Shown: positions 1 to 10,800 of the stretch, piece after piece
Layout of the letters: the number at the start of each line of letters is the position of its first letter
Numbering within the stretch: the stretch's first letter is position 1
Assembly: GCA_051313645.2 (NCBI GenBank)
Contig: JBNRSN020000008.1
Location: forward strand, 276,582,001 to 276,646,000
DNA from: Centroscyllium fabricii
Taxonomy: Eukaryota
DNA length: 64,000 nt
Direction: 5' to 3'
Notes under the pieces: generated by a model
Seen by the model: only the letters and a program-made list of their open reading frames with translations
Databases searched by the model: none
Told to the model about the DNA's origin: nothing
Made by a program: the position numbers and the translations under genes

Positions 1-219
1 GCATGGTGGTTGTGATTCAACTGAGGCAGCTTGGCCCTCAGTCCTGCAGCAACTGCTTCATTATGTTCCCTTGGAATTCGTTCCAAGTATCGAGGTCACC
101 ACTGTAGAGCATGCAGGCCTGAAGAACCACGCTGGACACAGAGAATTCAGAAAACAATCATTTAATGTTAACACAACTATGGCCAGGTAGCAAAGAGCTT
201 GAGCCACCTGGAACCAAGG

Positions 220-370
220 TATTTAAAGGACCCGCAGTTGGTGACGTCACTGCCGGGTGTCCACCTGGCGACGTCATCACGCCGGAAGTCGCGGTGACGT
301 CATCACGCCGGCGGGCGGGGCCGTCTCGCAGTACTCCCGAGGCGGATTGGATGGTCCTGGTGGGCGTGTC
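220..370. promoter_or_regulatory. CpG-rich cluster of Pol II promoter motifs (CRE/ATF x2-3, ETS, GC box, CCAAT, TATA-like)
   Basis: GTGACGTCAC 241-250, CGACGTCA 269-276, CCGGAAGT 282-289, TGACGTCA 295-302, GGGCGGGG 313-320, ATTGG 346-350 (CCAAT on the minus strand), TATTTAAA 220-227. CpG density is high compared with the flanks. Function is inferred from motifs only. Confidence 0.55.
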
Positions 371-481
371 GCCACAATACCTTAATTTTTTGGGACGTTT
401 TTGGACAAAAATGCTGAGGGTGCTGAAATTGCAATAAGTGTGTAGAATGGACACGGCCCTTTAAACGTGCACATAAACATA

Positions 482-1452
482 GGGCTGAGTCAGTGGGGTG
501 GGGCTGGGTCAGTAGGGTGTGTAGCTGGGTCAGTGGGGAGTCGGTGTTGGTGGGGGCTGGGTCGTTGGTGTGCGGGGCTGGGTCGGTGGGGTGAGCGGCT
601 GGGTTAGTGGGGTGGGGGGCTTGGTCATTGGGGTGGGGGGCTTGGTCATTGGGGTGCGGGGATGGGTCAGTGGGGTGCGGGGATGGGTCAGTGGGGAGTC
701 GGTTTTGGTGGGGGCTGTGTCGGTGGGGTGAGCGGCTGGGTCAGTGGGGTGCGGGGCTGGGTCAGTGGGGTGCGGGGCTGGGTCGGTGGGGTGTGGGGCT
801 GGGTCAGTGGGGTGCGTGGCTGGGTCATTGGTGTGTGGGGCTGGGTCGGTGGGGTGCGGGGCTGGGTCAGTGGGGTGCGGGGCTGGGTCAGTGGGGTGCG
901 GGGCTGGCTGAGGTGGGGTGCGGGGCTGTGTCATTGGGGTGTGGGGCTGGGTCAGTGGGGTGCGGGGCTGGGTCAGTGGGGTGCGGGGCTGGGTCGGTGG
1001 GGTGCGGGGCTGGGTCGGTGGGGTGCGGGGCTGGGTCGGTGGGGTGCGGGGCTGGGTCGGTGGGGTGCGGGGCTGGGTCATTGGGGTGTGGGGCTGAGTC
1101 ATTGGGGTGTGGGGCTGGGTCAGTGGGGTGCGGGGCTGGCTGAGGTGGGGTGCGGGGCTGTGTCATTGGGGTGCGGGGCTGGGTCAGTGGGGTGCGGGGC
1201 TGGGTCAGTGGGGTGCGGGGCTGGGTCGGTGGTGTGCGGGGCTGGGTCGGTGGGGTGCGGGGCTGGGTCGGTGGGGTGCGGGGCTGGGTCGGTGGGGTGC
1301 GGGGCTGGGTCGGTGGGGTGCGGGGCTGGGTCAGTGGGGTGCAGAGCTGGCTGAGGTGGGGTGCGGGGCTAGGTCGGTGGGGTGCGGGGCTGGGTCGGTG
1401 GGGTGGGGGGCTGGGTCGGTGGGGTGGGGCGTTGGGTTGGGGGCTGGGTCAG
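482..1452 (+). repeat. G-rich 21-bp minisatellite (GGGGTGCGGGGCTGGGTC[A/G]GT)n
   Basis: Direct tandem repeats are visible, roughly 45 units, more degenerate toward 482-720. The 7-aa periodic ORFs (TQPRTPP, GQWGAGL) reflect the 21-bp period. Confidence 0.95.
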
Positions 1453-2040
1453 TGAGGGGCACTGTTAGTTCAGAGGGCTGTGGGGCTGGTCAGTGAGGTG
1501 CGCTGTTAGTTCAGTGGGCTGTGGGGCTGGTCAGTGAGGGGCGCTGTTAGTTCAGTGGGCTGTGGGGCTGGTCAGTGAGGGGCGCTGTTAGTTCAGTGGG
1601 CTGCGGGGCTGGTCAGTGAGGGGCGCCGTTAGTTCAGTGGGCTGTGGGGCTGGTCAGTGAGGGGTGCTGTTAGTTCAGTGGGCTGTGGGGCTGGTCAGTG
1701 AGGGGCTGGTCAGTGAGGGGCACTGTTAGTTCAGTGGGTTGCGGGGCTGGTCAGTGAGGGGTTGGTCAGTGAGGGGCGCTGTTAGTTCAGTGGGCTGTGG
1801 GGCTGGTCAGTGAGGGGCCCTGTTAGTTCAGTGGGCTGTGGGGCTGTTCAGTGTGGTGCTGGTCAGTGAGGGGCAGTGTTAGTTCAGTGGGATGCGGGGC
1901 TGGTCAGTGGGGGGCTGGGTCAGTGAGGGGCACTGTTAGCTCAGTGGGCTGCGGGGCTGGTCAGTGAGGGGTGCCGTTAGTTCAGTGGGCTGCGGGGCTG
2001 GTCAGTGAGGGGCGCTGTTAGTTCAGTGGGCTGCAGGGCT
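1453..2040 (+). repeat. 41-bp minisatellite (GAGGGGCGCTGTTAGTTCAGTGGGCTGTGGGGCTGGTCAGT)n
   Basis: CGCTGTTAG recurs at 1501, 1542 and 1583 (period 41), with occasional 15-bp partial units. Confidence 0.93.
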
Positions 2041-2144
2041 GGTTCATTAGAATGCGAGGCTGGGTCAGTATGGTTTTGTTTTCGGCCTTGCTCAGTGGCA
2101 TGTTCTGTGTGGCTGGATCAGGTTGGTTGGTGTGGGTCTGGGTT

Positions 2145-2972
2145 ATTTTTTATTCTTTGTGATTAGGGTGTCACTGTCAAGGCCAATGTTTATTGCCCAT
2201 CCCTAATTGCCTTTGAGATTGTAGTGATGTTCCACATTCATGAACCGTTGCAGACCGTGTGGTGAATGCACTCCTGCAGTGATGCTAGGTAACCAGTTCC
2301 ATGATTTTCACCCAGTGACAATGAAGGATTATTATATACGTCAACGGATGGTGTGCGAGTTGGAGGGGAACCTAGAGGTAGCGGTGTTCCCATGCACCTG
2401 CTACACTTGCCTTCTAGCTGGAAGCGTTCACGGGTTTGGGAGGTGCTGTCGAAGAAGCCTTGGTGAGTTGCTGCAGTGCATCTTGAAGCTGGTACACACT
2501 GCGTCCACGGTGTGCCAGTGGAGGAGGGAGTGAATGTTTAATGGGGTGAATGGATGCCAATCAATTGGGCTGCTCAATCCTGGATAGTGTCGAGCTTCTT
2601 GAGCATTCTTGTTGCTTCATTCATCCAGGCGAGTGGAGAGGATTCCATCCCACTGCTGCTATTTGCCTTGTAGATGATGGAAAGATTTGGGGAGTCAGGA
2701 GCGGAAACACTCGCCGCAGAATACCGAGGCTCGAACATGCTCTTTTTGCCACGTTATTTGTGTGGCTAGTCCATTTACGTTTCTGGTCAATGGTGACCCC
2801 CAGGATGTTGATGGTGAGGGATTTGGCGATGGTAATGCCATTGAATGTCAAGAGGCGGTGGGTAGACTCTCGCGTGTTGGCGATAATCATTACCTGCCAC
2901 ACATCAGCCCAAGTCTGAAAGTCGTTCAGGTTTTGTTGCATGCTGGCATGGGCTGCTTCGGTATCTGAGGAG
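2145..2972 (-). mobile_element. Old CR1-group (CR1/L2 clade) LINE, 3' part of ORF2 and 3' end, degenerate
   Basis: The minus-strand ORF 2621-2977 reads MQQNLNDFQTWADVWQV...INILGVTIDQKRKWTSHTNNVAKRA..LGILRRV, typical of the post-RT region of CR1/L2-clade ORF2. It has multiple disruptions. Confidence 0.85.
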
Positions 2973-3335
2973 TTCAATTCAATTCAATTCAAGTTTTATT
3001 GTCATTGCAGAGTACTAGTACAATACAACGAGACGAAGACTCGCCGCTCCCGAGAGTAGTGCAAATAATTTACATACAATTGCATACAGTAAGGTACATT
3101 TCAGGTGTGCAGATACTGGAGTTTTTTGTTAGAGTTCAGGAGGCTGACAGCCCTGGGGAAGAAGCTGTTCTTGAATCTAGTCGTGCGGGTGCGAATTGAT
3201 CTGTAGCATCTGCCGGAGGACAGGGGGGCAAACAGACTGTGGCTGGGGTGTGTGGGGTCTTTAATAATGTTCAGAGACCTCCGTAGGCAGCATTTGAGGT
3301 AGATGCATTCAATTGACGGTAGCTGGGTAGCTAGC
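2973..3335 (-). mobile_element. Rex1/Babar LINE 3' fragment inserted into the old LINE
   Basis: Minus-strand translation TQLPSIECIYLKCCLRRSLNIIKDPTHPSHSLFAPLSSGRCYRSIRTRTTRFKNSFFPRAVSLLN matches the characteristic Rex1 C-terminus. The 3' end is AATAAAA followed by a (TTGAA)n tail, seen as (TTCAA)n at 2973-2992. Confidence 0.85.
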
Positions 3336-3344
3336 TAGACGGTA

Positions 3345-3484
3345 GAATGGCTGTGAACACTGTGCTGTCATCAGCGAGCATCCCCATTTCTGACCTTGTG
3401 CTGCAGGGAAGGTTATTGATAAAGCAGCTGCAGATGGTTGGGCCTAGGGCACTCCCCGTAGGAACACCGGCAGCAATGTCCTGT
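3345..3484 (-). mobile_element. Continuation of the old CR1-group LINE (RT core)
   Basis: Minus-strand translation gives GVPTGSALGPTICSCFINNLP...MLADD, degenerate RT motifs GVPQGSVLGP and (F/Y)ADD. It is colinear with 2145-2972 once the Rex1 insert is removed. Confidence 0.8.
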
Positions 3485-3565
3485 CATAGCGTCATAGAGT
3501 TATACAGCACAGAAAGAGGTCCTTCAACCCATCGTGTCCACGCCGGCCATCAAGCCCTGCCTATT

Positions 3566-6340
3566 CTAATCCCATATTCCAGCATTTGGTCCGTAGCCTT
3601 GTATGCTATGGCATTTCAAGTGCTCATCCAAATGCTTCTTGAATGTTGTGAGGGTTCCTGCCTCTACCACTCTTTCAGGCAGTGAGTTCCAGATTCCAAC
3701 CACCCTCTGGGTGAAAAAGTCCTTCCTCAAATTCCCTCTAAACCTCCCGCCCCTTACCTTGAAACTATGCCCCCTCATTATTGACCCCACTACTAACGGA
3801 AAACATTCCTTTCTATCTACCCTATCTATGCCCCTGATAATTTTGTATACCTCAATCAGGTCCCCCCTCAGCCTTCTCTGCTTCAAGGACAACAACCCCA
3901 GCCTGTCCAGTCTCTCTTCATAGCTGAAGCACTCCAGCCCAGGTAACATCCTGGTGAATCTCCTCTGCACCCTCTCCAAAGCAATCACATCCTTTCTATA
4001 GTGTGGCAACCAGAACTGCACACAGTACTCCAGCTGTGGCCTTACCAGCGTTTTGTGCAGCTCCATCATAACCTCCCTGCTCTTAAGTGTCTCATATACC
4101 TTTTTAACCACCTTATCTACCTGTCCTGCTGCCTTCAGTGATCTATGTACATGCACACCAAGGTCCCTGTGATCCTCTGTCTTTCCTAGGGTCTTACCAC
4201 TCATTGTGTATTCCCTTGCCTTGTTTGTCCTTCCTAAATGCATCACCTCATACTTTTCAGGGTTCAATTCCATTTGCCACTGCTCCGCCCATCTGACCAA
4301 CCCTTCTATATCGTCTTGCAGACTGAGGTTCCCTCTTCACTATTTAACAACCCACCAATTTTCGTGTCATCTGCGAACTTACTGATCATACCTATTACAT
4401 TCATATCCAAATCATTAATGTAGACTACAACCAGCAAGGATCTCAGCACCAATCCCTGCGGTACCCCACTGGACACAGGCTTCCAGTCACAAAAACACGC
4501 TTTGACCATCACCTTCTGCCTTCTGCCACTACGCCCGTTTTGGACCAATGTGCCAAGGCGCCCTGGATCCCTTGGGCTCTTACCTTCTTGACCAGTCTCC
4601 TATGCGGGACTTTATCAAAAGTCTTACTGAAATCCATGTATCCCACATCCACTGCACTACCCTCATCTACACACCTAGTCACCCCCTCGAAAAATTCAAT
4701 CAAGTTGGTCAGACATGATCTTCCCTTGACAAAGCCATGCTGACTATCCTTGATTAATTCTTGCCTCTCCAAGTGGAGACTAATTCTGTCCCTCAGAATT
4801 TTTTCCAATAATTTCCCTACCACTGATGTTAGGCTCACTGGCCTGTAATTTCCTGGTTTATCCCTACTACCCTTCTTGAATAATGGTACTACTGTTAGCT
4901 GTTCTCCAGTCCTCTGGCACATCCCCTGTGGCCAGAGAGGTTCTAAAAATTTGTGTCAGAGCCCCTGCAATCTCTTCCTTTGACTCACACAGCAGCCAGG
5001 GATACATCTCGTCTGGACCTGGGGATTTATCCATTTTTAAGCCTGCTAAAACCGCTAGTACCTCCTCCCTCTCGATGCTAATATGTTCAATTATATCACA
5101 GTCCCCCTGCCTGATTTCTAGGTCTACATCATCCTTCTCCGTAGTGAACACAAATGCAAAGAATTCATTTAAAACCCCACCTACATCTTCTGGCTCTACA
5201 CACAGATTGCTACGTTGGACCCTAAAGGGCCCTACTCTTTCCCTGGTTATCCGCTTACCCTTAATATACTTATAAAACACCTTAGAATTTTCCTTTATTT
5301 TGCTCGCCAGTGTTATTTCATGGCCCCTCCTCGCTCTCCTAATTTCTTTTTTAAGTACCCCCCTGCACTTTTTATACCCCTCTAGGTCTTCCTCTGTCTT
5401 TAGTCCTTTGTATCTGCCAAAAGCCCCCCTTTTATTCCTAATCCATTCTCGTATATCCCTTGACATCCAAGGTTCCCTGGGCTTGTTGGTCCCACCCTTG
5501 ACCTTTACGGGAACATGTTTCCATTGTACGCTCTCAATTTCCGTTCTGAAAGACTCCCACTGCTCTGATGTGGATTTTCCTACGAGTAGCTGATCCCAGT
5601 CCACTCTGGCCAGATCCTGCCTTATCATATTAAAATCAGCCTTCCCCCCAATTTAGAACCTGTATTTCTGGTCCATCTTTCTCCTTTTCCACGACTACCT
5701 TAAATCTCACCGAATTATGGTCACTGTCACCAAAGGGCTCTCCTACTAACACTTCTACCACTTGCCCGGTCACATTCCCTAGAATCAGGTCCATCACTGT
5801 CCCCTCCCTTGTAGGACTTTCTACATGCTGGCTCAAAAAGCACTCCTGGATTAACTTTAAGAATTCTGCACCCACTAAGCCTTTCACACTCTGACTATCC
5901 CTGTTAATTCTGGGGAAGTTGAAATCCCCTACTATTATTACCCTATTATTTGCATACTTCTCTGAGATTTGCCTACATATCTGTTCCTCTATCTCCCCCT
6001 GACTATTTGGGGGCCTATAGTACACTCCCAGCAAAGTGCTTGCCCCTTTTTGTTTTTAAGTTCTACCCATATGGCCTCAATAGAGGAACCTGCTAATATA
6101 GCATCCCTCCTTACAGCAGTAATTGATTCCTTAATTAATATTGTGACACCCCCTCCTCTTTAACCCCCCCCCCCCCGTCTCGCCTGAAGATTCTGTACAC
6201 CGGAATATTGAGCTGCCAGTCCTGCCCCTCCCTCAACCATGTCTCCGTGATAGCAACAATATCATATTCCCATGTGTGATACCTTCAATTCATCCACATT
6301 ATTCGTAAGACTCCTTGCATTAAAATAAATGCCATCCAGC
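3566..6340 (-). pseudogene. CR1 ORF2 (APE endonuclease + reverse transcriptase), frameshifted
   Basis: Split over ORFs 5636-6034 (GVYYRPP, IIVGDFNFP, DLILGN, GDSDH), 4867-5628 (KSPGPD), 4509-4922 (PGNYRPVSLTS, QHGF, YMDFSKTFDKVPH), 4306-4548 (SGVPQG, KFADDTK) and 3566-4300 (LVRPQLEYC, LERVQRR, RRLRGDLIEVYKI). The N-terminus IYFNARS is near 6330. Confidence 0.93.
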
Positions 6341-6468
6341 CTTGCCCTACTCCCTTGTGCCGTTACATATTTGCTCTGCCTTCCAAGCTGACTTGTTTTT
6401 TCCCTCCATGTTTGGCTGTGCATCACCCGCTACTATAGTACCCCTCCGTATCCCATCACCCTGCCAAG

Positions 6469-6988
6469 TTAGTTTAACCCCCCCCCCCCCAACAGTACTA
6501 GCAAACCTCCCCGCAAATATATTGGTCCTGTTCTGGGTAAGTTACAACCCGTCCGACTTGTACAAGCCCCACCTTACCCTGAAGCAGACCCAGTGATCCA
6601 GGAAACTAAAGCCCACCCTCCTGCAACAGCTCTTTAGCCATGCATTCATCTGCTCTATCCTCCTATTGCTAAACTCACTGGCACCTGGCACTGGGAGTAA
6701 TCGAAAGATTACAACCTTTTGAGGTCCTGCTCTTTAATCTGTTACCTAGCTCCCTAAATTTTTGTTGCAGGCTCTCCTCCCTCTTCCTAACATGTCGTTG
6801 GTACCAATGTGAACCACGACCTCTGACTGTTCGCCCTTCCCTCTTCAGAATGCCCTGCAGCCGTTCAGTGACATCGTTGACCCTGGCACCACGGATGCAA
6901 CAAACCATCCTGGAGTCTCGTCTATGGCCACAGAAACACCTATCTGTTCCCCTTACGATCGGATCCCCTATCACTATTGCTCTCCCAC
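6469..6988 (-). pseudogene. CR1 ORF1 C-terminal SGNH esterase-like domain, disrupted
   Basis: AIVIGDPIVRGTDRCFCGHRRDSRMVCCIRGARVNDVTERLQGILK...FRELGNRLKSRTSK in ORF 6675-7085. The frame ends GGGLN* at about 6469. Confidence 0.85.
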
Positions 6989-7012
6989 GTACTGATGTGA
7001 GAGAAGGGAGTT

Positions 7013-7110
7013 GATATAGAAACATAGAAACATAGAAGATAGGAGCATGAGTAGGCCATTCGGCCCTTCGAGCCTGCTCCACCATTCAGTGAGTTCATGG
7101 CTGATCATCC
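7013..7110 (-). mobile_element. Short CR1-type 3' end with (TTTCTATG)n tail
   Basis: (CATAGAAA)n at 7015-7037 is followed by GTAGGCCATTCGGCCCTTCGAGCCTGCTCCACCATTCA, which I recall as a CR1/SINE 3' terminal sequence in fish and sharks. Confidence 0.7.
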
Positions 7111-7164
7111 AAACCCAGCACCCTGTCCCTGCCCCGTCCCCACACCCCTCGATCCCTATCGAAC

Positions 7165-7275
7165 TTGCACCGACACATATCCCACCCTATCCCCGTAACC
7201 CCACATATTCAATCCCCCTAACACTAAGGGTCAATTTATCATGGCCAATCAACCTAACCCGCACCTCTTTGGATA
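7165..7275 (-). mobile_element. SINE fragment (HE1/V-SINE-like)
   Basis: ACACTAAGGGTCAATTTATCATGGCCAATCAACCTAACCCGCACCTCTTTGGA resembles the body of elasmobranch HE1-type SINEs. Recognised from memory; the tRNA head is absent. Confidence 0.55.
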
Positions 7276-7603
7276 TCATGTTTAACAAGGCAACATTCTC
7301 CTTCTCATTCTAATATTTCCAACGAATCCTCCTATTAATATTATATCTGTTAGAGAGCATCAAAACCTGGTAACGCCTGGCACCAACATGGCTGAAGGTC
7401 CAGACAGGGGAGTAGATCCAACATCTTCAAAAAGAATGAGTGTGGAAACAGGTAGGCTCACAAAACTCTTTAAAATACAATTTCTGTCCTGACAAAAGGT
7501 CCAGATCTAATGCATGAACCTGCAGCACTAACAGGTCGAGGGAAAAGGGCAGGGGCTGAGTACAAAGAGGGAAATGAGAGACCACCTAGAGGGACAATGC
7601 AGA

Positions 7604-7788
7604 CACAGGTGGAGGGAGCTCTGATACTGGAACTGTCCAATAGATACCTGGTATTGGGACTGTAAGGTGGATAGAGACAGTGACTCAGAGGATCACACTC
7701 ACAGGTGGAGGGAGTCCCTGAGTACTGGAACTGTCCAATAGATACCTGGGGACTGTAAGGTGGATAGAGACAGTGATTCAGAGGATCA
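7604..7788 (+). repeat. Two tandem ~96-bp units; inverted copy of 13980-14168
   Basis: CACAGGTGGAGGGAG occurs at 7604 and 7700. The reverse complement matches 13980-14168. Confidence 0.9.
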
Positions 7789-7815
7789 AGTACTCAGGGG
7801 CTCACTCCACCTGTG

Positions 7816-10800
7816 ACTGGATCACATCTCCCTCTGAGTCCGGTGAAAACCAAGGTCCTGTCTTCAGATACTAGATCACATCTCCCTCTGAGTCCTGGGA
7901 AAACCAAGGCCCTGTCTTCAGATACTCGATCACATCTCCCTCTGAGTCCGGTGAAAACCAAGGCCCTGTCTTCAGATACTAGATCACATCTCCCTCTGAG
8001 TCCGGTGAAAACCAAGGTCCTGTCTTCAGATACTAGATCACATCTCCCTCTGAGTCCGGTGAAAACCAAGGCCCTGTCTTCTGATACTAGATCACATCTC
8101 CCTCTGAGTCCGGTGAAAACCAAGGCCCTGTCTTCAGATACTAGATCACATCTCCCTCTGAGTCCGGTGAAAACCAAGGTCCTGTCTTCAGATACTAGAT
8201 CACATCTCCCTCTGAGTCCGGTGAAAACCAAGGCCCTGTCTTCTGATACTAGATCACATCTCCGTCTGAGTCCGGTGAAAACCAAGGTCCTGTCTTCAGA
8301 TACTCGATCACATCTCCCTCTGAGTCCTGGGAAAACCAAGGCCCTGTCTTCAGATACTCGATCACATCTCCCTTTGAGTCCGGTGAAAACCAAGGCCCTG
8401 TCTTCAGATACTCGATCACATCTCCCTTTGAGTCCGGTGAAAACCAAGGTCCTGTCTTCAGATACTAGATCACATCTCCCTCAGTCCTGGGAAAACCAAG
8501 GCCCTGTCTTCAGATACTCGATCACATCTCCCTCTGAGTCCCGGAAAACCAAGGCCCTGTCTTCAGATACTCGATCACATCTCAATCTGAGTCCCGTGAA
8601 AACCAAGGTCCTGTCTTCAGATACTAGATCACATCTCCCCCTGAGTCTGGGAAAACCAAGGCCCTGTCTTCAGGTACTCGATCACATCTCCCCCTGAGTC
8701 TGGGAAAACCAAGGCCCTGTCTTCAGATACTCGATCACATCTCCCTCTGAGTCCTGGGGAAACCAAGGCCCTGTCTTCAGATACTCGATCACATCTCCCC
8801 CTGAGTCCCGTGAAAACCAAGGTCCTGTCTTCAGATACTAGATCACATCTCCCCCTGAGTCTGGGAAAACCAAGGTCCTGTCTTCAGATACTCGATCACA
8901 TCTCCCCCTGAGTCTGGGAAAACCAAGGCCCTGTCTTCAGATACTCGATCACATCTCCCTCTGAGTCCTGGGAAAACCAAGGTCCTGTCTTCAGATACTC
9001 GATCACATCTCCCTCTGAGTCCCGGGAAACCAAGGCCCTGTCTTCAGATACTCGATCACATCTCCCCCTGAGTCCTGGGAAAACCAAGGCCCTGTCTTCA
9101 GATACTCGATCACATCTCCCTCTGAGTCCCGTGAAAACCAATGCCCTGTCTTCAGATACTAGATCACATCTCCCCCTGAGTCCTGGGAAAACCAAGGCCC
9201 TGTCTTCAGATACTCGATCACATCTCCCCCTGAGCCCTGGGAAAACCAAGGCCCTGTCTTCAGATACTCGATCACATCTCCCCCTGAGTCTGCGAAAACC
9301 AAGGCCCTGTCTTCAGATACTAGATCACATCTCCCCCTGAGTCTGTGAAAACCAAGGCCCTGTCTTCAGATACTCGATCACATCTCCCTCTGAGTCTGGG
9401 AAAACCAAGGCCCTGTCTTCAGATATGAGATCACATCTCCCCCTGAGTCTGTGAAAACCAAGGCCCTGTCTTCAGATACTCGATCACATCTCCCTCTGAG
9501 TCTGTGAAAACCAAGGCCCTGTCTACAGATACTAGATCACATCTCCCTCTGAGTCTGGGAAAACCAAGGCCCGGTCTTCAGATACTCGATCACATCTCCC
9601 TCTGAGTCCTGGAAAAACCAAGGCCCTGTCTTCAGATACTAGATCACATCTCCCTCTGAGTCCTGGGAAAACCAAGGTCCTGTCTTCAGATACTCGATCA
9701 CATCTCCCTCTGAGTCCCGTGAAAACCAAGGTCCTGTCTTCAGATACTCGATCACATCTCCCTCTGAGTCTGGGAAAACCAAGGCCCTGTCTTCAGATAC
9801 TAGATCACATCTCCCTCTGAGTCCCGGGGAAACCAAGGTCCTGTCTTCAGATACTAGATCACATCTCTGTCTGAGTCCCGTGAAAACCAAGGCCCTGTCT
9901 TCAGATACTCGATCTCATCTCCCTCTGAGTCCTGGGAAAACCAAGGCCCTGTCTTCAGATACTCGATCACATCTTCCCCTGAGTCCCGTGAAAACCAAGG
10001 TCCTGTCTTCAGATACTCGATCACATCTCCCCCTGAGTCTGGGAAAACCAAGTTCCTGTCTTCAGATACTAGATCACATCTCCCTCTGAGTCTGGGAAAA
10101 CCAAGGTCCTGTCTTCAGATACTGGATCACATCTCCCTCTGAGTCCCGTGAAAACCAAGGTCCTGTCTTCAGATACTAGATCACATCTCCCTCTGAGTCC
10201 CGTGAAAACCAAGGTCCTGTCTTCAGATACTCGATCACATCTCCCCCTGAGTCCGCTGAAAACCAAGGTCCTGTCTTCAGATACTCGATCACATCTCCCT
10301 CTGAGTCTGTGAAAACCAAGGTCCTGTCTTCAGATACTCGATCACATCTCTCCCTGAGTCCGGTGAAAACCAAGGCCCTGTCTTCAGATACTAGATCACA
10401 TCTCCCTCTGAGTCCTGGGATAACCAAGGCCCTGTCTTCAGATACTAGATCACATCTCCCTCTGAGTCCCGTGAAAACCAAGGCCCTGTCTTCAGATACT
10501 AGATCACATCTCCCTCTGAGTCTGTGAAAACCAAGGTCCTGTCTTCAGATACTCGATCACATCTCCCTCTGAGTCTGGGAAAACCAAGGCCCTGTCTTCA
10601 GATACTCGATCACATCTCCCTCTGAGTCCTGGGAAAACCAAGGCCCTGTCTTCAGATACTAGATCACATCTCCCTCTGAGTCCCGTGAAAACCAAGGCCC
10701 TGTCTTCAGATACTAGATCACATCTCCCTCTGAGTCCTGGGAAAACCAAGGCCCTGTCTTCAGATACTAGATCACATCTCCCTCTGAGTCCTGTGAAAAC

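Larger units (their letters stand above)
3485..6988 (-). mobile_element. CR1 LINE, 5'-truncated within ORF1, about 3.5 kb
   Basis: An 8-bp tail repeat (GTCATAG[C/A]) lies at 3483-3498. ORF2 has endonuclease and RT motifs and ORF1 has esterase motifs, in the canonical order. Confidence 0.95.

Noticed and set aside
158-454. Short ORFs 158-454 (-) and 165-437 (+) as genes
   Set aside because: No recognisable domain. They overlap a GC-rich motif cluster where stop codons are naturally rare.
530-1496. Pro/Thr-rich or Gly/Trp-rich repeat proteins
   Set aside because: These are translations of the 21-bp minisatellite in several frames, with no unique domain or splice evidence.
3485-6988. Active, autonomous CR1 element
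   Set aside because: ORF2 is split into at least five pieces, and ORF1 is truncated and frameshifted.
7389-7603. Possible N-terminal part of CR1 ORF1 upstream of the left 97-bp units
   Set aside because: The position fits, but the similarity is too weak to support by eye and no zinc-finger cysteines are recognisable.
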